Shown piece by piece: positions 1 through 7,897 of a DNA stretch of 16,756 nt. Source of the stretch: Candidatus Aenigmatarchaeota archaeon (lineage in GTDB: Archaea > Aenigmatarchaeota > Aenigmatarchaeia > CG10238-14 > SpSt-28); the NCBI GenBank assembly GCA_039000985.1, contig JAWBMD010000017.1:1-16756 (forward strand). The letters run 5' to 3'. Both the position numbers and the translations under genes were made by a program. Below the pieces are notes generated by a model, which was given only the letters and a program-made list of their open reading frames with translations, was not told where the DNA came from and made no database searches. Positions within the stretch are counted from its first letter, which is position 1, and every line of letters starts with the position of its first letter.

Positions 1-766
1 AGACTAATGTAGGATTGAAAGTTTAAGAGAGATGTCATTATTTTTGATGAAGCTTTTAAAAGTTAAAATCAGACTAATGTAGGATTGAAAGTATCTGTCA
101 CCCACGCCGGAATATATATATTAGTGGGAGTTAAAATCAGACTAATGTAGGATTGAAAGAATAATTGTTAATATACTATATGGAGGAATATTATAAGTTA
201 AAATCAGACTAATGTAGGATTGAAAGAATATAAATCTTTTTTCTTCTGGTGTTAGTTCTTCCTGTTAAAATCAGACTAATGTAGGATTGAAAGGATTTGA
301 ATATTGAAGAATTGGCTGAAAAAATTTGTGTTAAAATCAGACTAATGTAGGATTGAAAGACTTTTCTATATATATTCTATATATACAACAAAAAAGAGTT
401 AAAATCAGACTAATGTAGGATTGAAAGTTCGCTAACAACAACATAATAGCTTCTGTGATTTGTAAAGTTAAAATCAGACTAATGTAGGATTGAAAGTATG
501 GTTTATTATGCTAAAAGCGGAATGGCAAGGCAAGGTATTGTTAAAATCAGACTAATGTAGGATTGAAAGGAAAACTTACCTTTTTGAGAGCCATATGGAA
601 AATGCCAAGTTAAAATCAGACTAATGTAGGATTGAAAGGTATATATAAAATATATATATATAAAACAATAGTTAAAATCAGACTAATGTAGGATTGAAAA
701 ACTATTTCAATGCTTGTAATGTTTTGATTTAAATCGGTTAGAGTCAGACTAATGTGGGGGAGAAAA
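1..766 (+). CRISPR. CRISPR array, trailer end; 30-bp repeat GTTAAAATCAGACTAATGTAGGATTGAAAG, 11 spacers of 32-43 bp
   Basis: Partial repeat at 1-21. Full repeats start at 62, 130, 197, 264, 330, 398, 467, 540, 609 and 671 (last base A in the 671 copy). Degenerate terminal copy GTTAGAGTCAGACTAATGTGGGGGAGAAAA at 737-766. The 3' ATTGAAA(G) end is typical of class 1 (I-A/I-B/III) repeats. The degenerate end implies the leader lies left of the window. Confidence 0.98.
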
Positions 767-971
767 AATTTTCACAAAAATTGAAAAACTAAATTTAATT
801 TTCCTTTTTAGTATTTTAATTGTTCAAGCACCATTTTTTAATGTCATTGGAAGAATTGGTGCTTGGCTTGATCTTCCTGGTGGTTTAGAACCGCTTTTTC
901 TAATTGCTAAGTCTCTTAAGGTTTTAAATATTCTTTTGTGGTTAAGTGTTCTTATTATATATTAAAAAAAG

Positions 972-1979
972 TTACCGATTAACAATATTTAAATAATTTC
1001 CACTCAAAAATCCTTTTATGTTTTCTATTGTTATCTTTAAAATTCTTTCAATAGCTTCTTTCGAATTAAAAGCAGTATGAGGAGTTATTAGAACATTTGG
1101 CATTTTCATTAAAATATGATTTTGCCAAAGGGTTTTTATTTCTTCAGTTTTTAAATCTTGCTTAGCTAAAATTTCTAATTCTTCTTTAATTTCTGTTTCT
1201 TCTTCTAAAACATCTAGAGCAGCTCCTTTTAAAATTCCTTCTTTTAAAGCATAAATCAAAGCTTCGGTTTCAATAATTCCTCCTCGAGCAGTATTTATTA
1301 AATAAGCACCTTTTTTGATGAGATGGATATTATTTTTATTAATTAAATGATAAGTTGAAGAAGACAATTTGGTATGGATTGTAATAACATCAGAGTTTTT
1401 CAAAAGTTCTTCTAAAGAAACATATTTAAAATTATACTCTTTAGCAAAATTTTCATCTTGATAAGTACCATAAGCTAAAATATTCATTCCAAAAGCCTTG
1501 GCTAATTTTATTACTTCTTTGCCTATCCTCCCTGTTCCAATAACTCCTAAAGTTTTTCCATAAAGTTCTTCACCTCTTAAATTGCTTAAATCAAAACTTT
1601 CAGCTTCTTTAATTTGATCAATAGCATAATAAATTTTTCTCATTAAATTAAGCATTAATCCAATTGTCCATTCAGCAACAGTTTTTGTTCCGTATTCTGG
1701 AACATTAGAAACTATTATTCCATTCTTTTTGCAATAATCAATATCTATATGATCAAAACCAGTAGAACGAGTAGCGATAAATTTCAAATTTGGCAAAGAA
1801 TCAATAATTTCTTTATCAATTTTTGAGCTAATAAAAATACTTAAAATATCAATATCTTTATAATTTTCAACATTTTCTTTTGTAAGCCAATCTTTAGTAA
1901 AAATCAAATTATGTTCAACAAATTCTTTTTCTAAAATTTCTTCTTCCCAACCTTCTGCTTCAAAAAATCCGATTTTCAT
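972..1979 (-). CDS. D-isomer-specific 2-hydroxyacid dehydrogenase (D-lactate dehydrogenase-like)
   Basis: RSTGFDHID, NVPEYG, Rossmann GVIGTGRIG, INTARG (catalytic Arg), ALDVLEEE and ITPHTAF (catalytic His). Confidence 0.93.
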   Translation of the reverse strand: MKIGFFEAEGWEEEILEKEFVEHNLIFTKDWLTKENVENYKDIDILSIFISSKIDKEIIDSLPNLKFIATRSTGFDHIDIDYCKKNGIIVSNVPEYGTKTVAEWTIGLMLNLMRKIYYAIDQIKEAESFDLSNLRGEELYGKTLGVIGTGRIGKEVIKLAKAFGMNILAYGTYQDENFAKEYNFKYVSLEELLKNSDVITIHTKLSSSTYHLINKNNIHLIKKGAYLINTARGGIIETEALIYALKEGILKGAALDVLEEETEIKEELEILAKQDLKTEEIKTLWQNHILMKMPNVLITPHTAFNSKEAIERILKITIENIKGFLSGNYLNIVNR

Positions 1980-2177
1980 AATATAATATAATTTTAAACG
2001 AATTTTTAAAATTTTTATTGATACTATGACTTCTTTAGGAACAATAATTTTTGCTTATTTTACAAATATTGAAAAGCAAAAGAAATGACTAACTATTATG
2101 AGAAGTTTGTAAAAAGACAAAGAAAAATAATGAAAAGAAGAAAGACCTAAACCAGGTTATATAGGGTAAATAAAAAG

Positions 2178-2362
2178 ATGAGTTTTTACAAACCTCATAT
2201 GATAAAAAACTATAGGAAGCAAAGGATGTAACAGAAATTTTTAAATTAGTTAGAAGATTTTTGGGAAGAGAAAAAATGGGTTAAATTTTGGTTAGCCGAA
2301 TTAGAAGGAATATCTATGCAGTTTGTTGGATTTTTTGTCCCATAGACTTTAAACAAAATCTA
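2178..2362 (+). pseudogene. Possible relic of an uncharacterised archaeal protein gene
   Basis: Joining frames across stops and frameshifts gives ...YDKKL*EAKDVTEIFKLVRRFLGREKMG...LAELEGISMQFVGFFVP*TLNKI. This is protein-like and recalls an archaeal hypothetical family (DIFELVK...LG.ERAGL.LGLADLG); recognition from memory only. Confidence 0.3.
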
Positions 2363-2515
2363 AATTTCTATTCCATTTACTTCTTTATGATGATAGGATA
2401 ACTATAATAGTCACACATAAAATTTGTGACTAAGCTTTTTACAATTATTCAATAGATTTCTCTTCTGTTTTTTGAAAGTATTAATTTGGTACCAAAAAAT
2501 TTTTGAAAATTTGAA

Positions 2516-3115
2516 TTATAAAACTTTACTTAATCTCTTTTCTACATCATCCCAATTAACCACTTGCCACCAATTATCAACATATTTTGCTCTATCATTT
2601 TTATAATCCAAATAATAGGCATGTTCCCAAACATCTAAAGCCAGTAAAATTTTTAGGTTAGCTATATGGGAAAGATTATGTTTTTCTACTTGCATCACGA
2701 TTAATTGATTTGTAATTGGTTCTAAACCCAAAATTGCCCAACCAGATCCTTCTACAGTTTTTGCTGTATTGCTGAATTCTCTTTTAAAAGAATCAAAAGA
2801 TTGAAAATCCTTGTTAATTAAATCTGCAATCATTCCTCCTGGTCTGTTATTTTCCTGTGGACTTCGCATATTAGGCCAAAAAATTGAATGCAATATGTGA
2901 CCATTTAAATTAAATGTTAAGTCTCTTAAAGTTGCCTTAATGTCAATTTCTGCTTCTCCCTTTCTGAACTTTTCCAATCTTTCTAAAGCTGCATTAGCTC
3001 CATTTACATAAGCTGCATGATGTTTATCATGATGTAGAGTCATTATTTCCCTAGAAATAATTGGTTCCAAAGCATCATAAGAGTATGGTAAAGGTGGTAA
3101 TTCGTATTTCTTCAT
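2516..3115 (-). CDS. sod: Fe/Mn superoxide dismutase, archaeal (Pyrobaculum/Aeropyrum-like) type
   Basis: LPPLPYSYDALEP, HHDKHH, NGHILHSIFW and DVWEHAYY ligand motifs; second-sphere EKHN (His). Confidence 0.98.
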   Translation of the reverse strand: MKKYELPPLPYSYDALEPIISREIMTLHHDKHHAAYVNGANAALERLEKFRKGEAEIDIKATLRDLTFNLNGHILHSIFWPNMRSPQENNRPGGMIADLINKDFQSFDSFKREFSNTAKTVEGSGWAILGLEPITNQLIVMQVEKHNLSHIANLKILLALDVWEHAYYLDYKNDRAKYVDNWWQVVNWDDVEKRLSKVL

Positions 3116-3123
3116 AAATATAT

Positions 3124-3152
3124 TTATTAGTCTAACTTATTTAAATACTTAT
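3124..3152 (-). promoter_or_regulatory. Putative sod promoter (TTTAAATA TATA box) with TTAG-N-CTAA palindrome
   Basis: On the - strand TTTAAATA lies 22 nt before the ATG. The palindrome TTAGTCTAA at 3127-3135 sits between TATA and ATG. Confidence 0.5.
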
Positions 3153-3514
3153 ATGGATTTTATTAGAAACCCTTTGTATTTTATTGTTCTCGACTTTTTC
3201 TTTGACTCAGTTTACTGAATATAAAAATTTATTGCCCATTTTAAATCAACAAATTTCTTTTCAGGTAAGTTTTGAACAATTAAAAAACTTCATGAAATTT
3301 TCAATACAATATAACTCTGGAGTATAAAGATATCATATCTTCAAAACGTAAAAAATGTAAAAAGCCTGCTAAAATTTCTTCCTTGGCTGGCTTAAAAATT
3401 GTGGATATAGAGAGCTTTTAAAAGTTGGGAAAGAAATATGAAAAATAGATTACTAATTTATTTTTTTATTGTTCGATAGTTGGCTTGCATATAATATCAA
3501 TGTATATTCTCATT

Positions 3515-3633
3515 TTGCTATACTTTTCTGTTGATTTACCAGTTTTAATATTTTCAAGCTTATCATTGCACTTTTTACAAATACTTACAACTTTTTTATT
3601 TCAATAGCAATAACTTTTAGCTTTAACATCTAC
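3515..3633. repeat. 119-bp perfect direct repeat, copy 1
   Basis: Base-by-base identical to 16638-16756 (TTGCTATACTTTTCTG...TTTAACATCTAC). Confidence 0.97.
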
Positions 3634-3658
3634 CAGAAAAGATTGCTGAAATTTTGAA

Positions 3659-3916
3659 TTAAATCAGTTTTTTTCCAGTTTCTAAATCATATATATGAAT
3701 GCAATTTACTGGGCAAACCTCAGCTGCCATTAAATTCTTTTCTAAATCCTTTTCTTTTATAATTAGTTCAAAAACTTTTTTCTCAATTTCTTTTGAACCA
3801 TTTAGAACAGCTTTTCGATTCTTATCCACATGCCAAAATTCTGGGGCAACAGCTTCACAACTTGCAGCACCAATGCAAACATCCCATTCATAAATGATTT
3901 TATATTTTTTCGCCAT
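3659..3916 (-). CDS. Single-cluster ferredoxin, probably [3Fe-4S]
   Basis: CIGAASC (CxxAxxC, middle Cys replaced by Ala) plus distal CPVNCI. Confidence 0.9.
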   Translation of the reverse strand: MAKKYKIIYEWDVCIGAASCEAVAPEFWHVDKNRKAVLNGSKEIEKKVFELIIKEKDLEKNLMAAEVCPVNCIHIYDLETGKKLI

Positions 3917-4340
3917 AGCTTATCTAAAACTTGTTAGAATAGATTTTAATAAAACATATTTTTTCATCTCCAATCTATTATAAAACTCTACCAATAATTG
4001 TTTTTTCATTCCATTTGATAACATAAAATATTTTATATTTTTTATTTATTTATGTAGTAAAATTATTGGCTAAATCTTTAAACCTTTTTGCTCCCACTTC
4101 TTTCAACATATATTTGTATATCCTGCTTCTTCGATATTCATGATATAAGTCCCTTATTTTTTTAGAAGATATTGCAGAAATGTAGTTTGTGTAGTAACTT
4201 CGTAATTAGGATGAAAGGATATTCTCAGTAATTTGGTGTTGCTTCGATTTTTATTTCATCTATTGGTAAAGTAGAATCGGTTTTCATATAATCAACTTTG
4301 GCTATAACAATTTTTTAGTTCTTGAATAACTAAATTTTGC

Positions 4341-4471
4341 AAAATTCTTTCATCTTATCACCATAAAGCAATGTTCTGACAAAATTCCTTCATCAAAAAC
4401 TTTTTCCTTTAATATTTTGTCAGAAATTTTTCAAATCAATATGTTGCTACAACTTCGCAAAGAATTTTTAT
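4341..4471 (-). pseudogene. Relic of an HTH regulator start and of the regulator/sufC junction
   Basis: 4341-4374 is 30/34 identical to 15953-15986, which spans the sufC start. 4471-4439 reads (I)KILCEVVATY, like the MKxPCEV N-terminus of COG2522-type archaeal regulators. Confidence 0.5.
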
Positions 4472-4509
4472 ATTTAATCGTTTAAATTTATAAAGTTAAC
4501 AATGCTAAG

Positions 4510-5283
4510 TCAACTAATTTTTAAATTGATAATTGGAACAAGCAAATTTCCAATAATAAGCCCTAAGGGAAGAGCAAATTGTGGTAGAGGGGAGAAAAAA
4601 CGTATCAAAAGGATTAAAATTGCCACTAGGGTGCCATAAAGAATTCTTCCATTAGTTGTTGTTGGAGATGTTTTTGGTTCAGTTAGCATAAAAAATGCAA
4701 AAAAATAAATTACCCAGTTTTTCAACTCGTTAAAAATAAAATTAATATTACCTAATGTAAAGATTGAAAATAAAAGAAAATAGGTAGCTATGAATGAGAA
4801 GAATAAATCATATCTCTTAAAATTAAAAATTACTAAAGAACCTAAAATAAAAAGAGATATTGGCTCTACAACAAGCCACCATCCCAGGGAAACATTAAAA
4901 AAATAAGAAGTAAATAGCAAAGAAAGCATAGCTGGATTGAAAATATTATTGCCAAATCTTTTATACTTTATAAAATGTTTAGATAAAATAGCGATTATTG
5001 CTGCGACTAAGAGAATAAAATAAGGTATACCAGCCTCTAATATCGTTCCAATAAAAAGACCAGTAATTATTCCACTTTTTGGTATCAAAAATTTTTTAAA
5101 TAGTAAAAATTTGATAATTAAGTCTAAAAGGGATGTGGCTAAAATAGCTATCAAAATTTGTGGTATGGTCTTTTCAAAACCAAAAGTATGGGTTCCAAAA
5201 AGGCTAAGAAGCAATAGAGAAAAAATTATAAGGTCGTAAATATTGATTTTTCTAATAAAATTTAACATATCCGAAATGAACAT
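4510..5283 (-). CDS. Stand-alone RnfD/NqrB-family integral membrane protein
   Basis: Highly hydrophobic, with family motifs SGIITGLFIG, IAILSKH, NIFNPA and FFMLTEPKTSP...GRILYG. No other rnf or nqr genes are nearby. Confidence 0.85.
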   Translation of the reverse strand: MFISDMLNFIRKINIYDLIIFSLLLLSLFGTHTFGFEKTIPQILIAILATSLLDLIIKFLLFKKFLIPKSGIITGLFIGTILEAGIPYFILLVAAIIAILSKHFIKYKRFGNNIFNPAMLSLLFTSYFFNVSLGWWLVVEPISLFILGSLVIFNFKRYDLFFSFIATYFLLFSIFTLGNINFIFNELKNWVIYFFAFFMLTEPKTSPTTTNGRILYGTLVAILILLIRFFSPLPQFALPLGLIIGNLLVPIINLKIS

Positions 5284-5297
5284 AATTAATTAATCAA

Positions 5298-5759
5298 TTA
5301 ACTTACAATTAAAGTTGCTTGAATATTTGGATGATTCCTTCCAAAAGGCCCATCCCAACAAGGTTTGCAGTAAATTCTAAAAGTTCCCGATTTATTGGCG
5401 ACAAATTCAATAACTGTTGGATTATTCGGATCTTCTGTAGTAACTACTTGATTGATTCCATATTCATCTATGGTTATACCATGATTATGTGATGCAGTTC
5501 CAGGAGCAGCAACTGCTAAAATTCTCACAGTATCTCCTTTATTCACTGTAAAAGTAGAAGGTACATAAGAAGTGTGATAAATTGTTACAGTAAAGGTTTT
5601 TATTGTGGGTTCTGAAGGTGATTCCTGAGTTTTATTTGGTTGCTCGAGTTTTAAAATTCCTGAAAGTGTGAGAGAAATTGATATAGCTATTGCTATTAAA
5701 ATAACAATTACAGCTAAATAAAGTTTGTTTATTGTTAATTTTCCTTTATGATACGACAT
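5298..5759 (-). CDS. Membrane-anchored cupredoxin-domain protein
   Basis: N-terminal TM helix, linker, then PSTFTVNKGDTVRI, HNHGITIDEYGI, FVANKSGTFRIYCKPC...H. The ATG at 5759 is preferred over the GTG at 5798 because it gives a short 14-nt overlap with the upstream gene. Confidence 0.85.
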   Translation of the reverse strand: MSYHKGKLTINKLYLAVIVILIAIAISISLTLSGILKLEQPNKTQESPSEPTIKTFTVTIYHTSYVPSTFTVNKGDTVRILAVAAPGTASHNHGITIDEYGINQVVTTEDPNNPTVIEFVANKSGTFRIYCKPCWDGPFGRNHPNIQATLIVS

Positions 5760-7317
5760 ACCATTCGCTAGTTGTTGGAGCTGTGGATTCAGAAACAATC
5801 ACATTTAAATTAGCCTTCATTACATTACTAGCAGGCCAGTAAGAAGTTATAGTGAAAGAGTTAGTTGAATTAAAACTTACTTTCGTTTCATCGCCAGGCT
5901 TGACACTTTCTGTCTTGAAATAATCACTTCTGAAATCTAAACCGCCATAATAAACACCAGTTTCTCTAACTTTGAATATAATTATAACTTCCTCGCCAGG
6001 TTTTACAAGCAAATTGTTTATCTTTTGATTATTTATATAAAATCCATAATCATCTGCCTCAATTGTAACAAGTTTAGGAACTTTTGATGGTTGTGTAGGT
6101 GTTGTGGTAGGTTTAGGAGATAAGGGCATTATTACAACAGGAGAAACTGGTGTTATCTTTTGCGGTGCTACTTTTTGCTCCTCGGTTTTTATTTCTATTT
6201 CTTTACTAATTTCCTCTGGCGGCAAACCTGTAATTTCTGATATTTTTGAAATTATTTCTTCCTTGCTAGTTGCGGGTATAACAAGCTTTGCTTCTGTACG
6301 ATTTACCTTTATTTTAATTTTCGCTAAGCCTTCTTCTATTTCTACCTCAAATTCTCTCTTAGCTTCTTTTACTCTTTCTAAAAATTCTAATGCACTTTTC
6401 GCTGTAGCTTCCGCAGCCTTAGCTCGTCCAAAAGATTCCCCGTATTTTTCTCCATTATAAGATTCTATCGCAGCATTAAAGTGTTTTACTGATTCATTAT
6501 AAAGAGTAAGAATATTAGTAGAAACACTAACATTTTTAGCTTGCATCTCTTCTATAACACTCTTTAATTCTTGTATTGTTTCATTTGCTTCTTCTATTCC
6601 ATCTAAGGCCTTTTCTTGAATTATTCTAGTCAAACCAGTAATATTTTCCAATTTTTTAACATTTTCCTCTACTTCTATTTCAGTTAAATTAAATTGATTT
6701 TTCATTTTAGTTTTTACTTCACCCTTTTTAATTTCAATTTTCACTTTAACTTCATCTGTTCTGTTTTTCAATGTAGAAACAAAGTTTTCTAAAGCTTGTA
6801 GTTGCTCTTGTGTTAGTCCACCTTTAACTTTAATTTTTAGAACAGCTTCGCCTAAAACTGAATTTACTTCATCTTCATGCTCTTCAATTTCTTTTTCAAT
6901 TTCTAAAGTTCTTTTAAGTTCTTCTGTTGAGTTATCTATTTTCAAAGCTTTTATAGAATTCTCAATTTCATTTAACATGCTTCTATGTTCTGCTCTCACC
7001 TTTTCTGCATCTTGGAACTTATTTTGAATTATCATTTCCCTTACTTCTAACAACCTTTCTCTAGCAATTTCTAAGCCTTTCCGCGCCTTTGCAGTCGGAT
7101 CAAAAGTTAACAATAAACTTAATTTATCCAAGGCTACATCTAAAGGATAGAGAAAATTATCAGGAGTTATTCCAGCTGTTATAGTTTTACCCCCAATCAC
7201 AATCTGATTTCCTGTAATTAAGGTTAAACTAGAATATTCATGAGCTTGAACCGAGTTGAAAATTATTAATAATAAAAGAAAGAAAGAACCTGAAACTATA
7301 TATTTCTCCTTCTCCAT
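5746..7317 (-). CDS. Secreted DUF5667-like coiled-coil protein with Pro/Thr linker and C-terminal cupredoxin-like fold
   Basis: Signal peptide (…FLLLLIIFNSVQA), AGITPDNFLYPLD...TFDPTAKA...ARERLLE (DUF5667-like), long E/K-rich helices, PKPTTTPTQP linker, then a beta-rich domain (VTIEADDYGF, VKPGEEV, SVKPGDETKVSF) with no Cys/His ligands. Confidence 0.8.
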   Translation of the reverse strand: MEKEKYIVSGSFFLLLLIIFNSVQAHEYSSLTLITGNQIVIGGKTITAGITPDNFLYPLDVALDKLSLLLTFDPTAKARKGLEIARERLLEVREMIIQNKFQDAEKVRAEHRSMLNEIENSIKALKIDNSTEELKRTLEIEKEIEEHEDEVNSVLGEAVLKIKVKGGLTQEQLQALENFVSTLKNRTDEVKVKIEIKKGEVKTKMKNQFNLTEIEVEENVKKLENITGLTRIIQEKALDGIEEANETIQELKSVIEEMQAKNVSVSTNILTLYNESVKHFNAAIESYNGEKYGESFGRAKAAEATAKSALEFLERVKEAKREFEVEIEEGLAKIKIKVNRTEAKLVIPATSKEEIISKISEITGLPPEEISKEIEIKTEEQKVAPQKITPVSPVVIMPLSPKPTTTPTQPSKVPKLVTIEADDYGFYINNQKINNLLVKPGEEVIIIFKVRETGVYYGGLDFRSDYFKTESVKPGDETKVSFNSTNSFTITSYWPASNVMKANLNVIVSESTAPTTSEWYVVS

Positions 7318-7380
7318 AAAAAATATTTAGGATAGATAAAATATATAAATCTTTTTGTACAAAGTTTTTGATTTTAGATT
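7314..7380 (-). promoter_or_regulatory. Archaeal BRE/TATA promoter, duplicated (copy A)
   Basis: The - strand reads ACAAAAAGA-TTTATATA-24 nt-ATG. The 36-nt core 7326-7361 is identical to 16069-16104. Confidence 0.8.
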
Positions 7381-7897
7381 TTCCACTAAAATACAACTTC
7401 TTCCCACTTCTCATATCCACCTAACCCGGTTATTCTAATTCAATCCCTCCCTGTTTTTCTTTCGCTAAAAATATTGATGCCAATTTTATTCAAAAATTCT
7501 TTTCTAAAATTTACTTCCTTATACCTTCAATAATATCAGATATTATTCCAGGAACTCTTTCTATTCTCAGCACACAAAAAGTTTCATTCATCTTACCTTA
7601 TATCTAAGCCTGGTTTTTCAGCAGCAATTATTACAATAATCCTCTCAGACTCAAAATAAATATCTTTTATTTTCATCCCTTTCGGCACCAATTCTTGAAT
7701 TTTATTTATTGTTGCTTCATTATCAATGCATAAAAAATTTTTTTGGTCTAATTTACAACACTTCTCACAATTTCTTCATGATTTTTAAATAAATCCCCAC
7801 CTTTAGTATAAATAATTATCTAGGATTCTCCTAATTCTATTCTACATCTTATTACTTCTTTCGGCAGCAAATTCTTTACTTTTTCAAGTATTTATAT
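7360..7897 (-). pseudogene. Decayed 5' fragment of aCPSF1/FttA (KH-KH-beta-CASP ribonuclease)
   Basis: Across stops and frameshifts: LEKVKNLLPKEV..RIELGES*IIIYTK..LFKNHEEIVRSVVN; INKIQELVPKGMKIKDIYFESER.IVIIAAEKPGLDIGK; FLNKIG.NIFSERK..RD*IRITGLGGY-EVGRSCILVE. These are collinear with the aCPSF1 KH domains and the start of the MBL domain (GG.REVGRSC). Confidence 0.85.

Noticed and set aside
227..263. Possible self-targeting of spacer 4 against the duplicated promoter (ATATAAATCTTTTT)
   Set aside because: Only about 14 AT-rich nt match; the rest of the spacer does not.
3699..3893. 64-aa + strand ORF
   Set aside because: Antisense shadow of the ferredoxin.
6104..6460. 118-aa + strand ORF
   Set aside because: Antisense to the 523-aa gene; Ser/Phe-rich shadow composition.
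7238..7420. 60-aa - strand ORF
   Set aside because: Spans the aCPSF1 relic, the promoter and the next gene out of frame.
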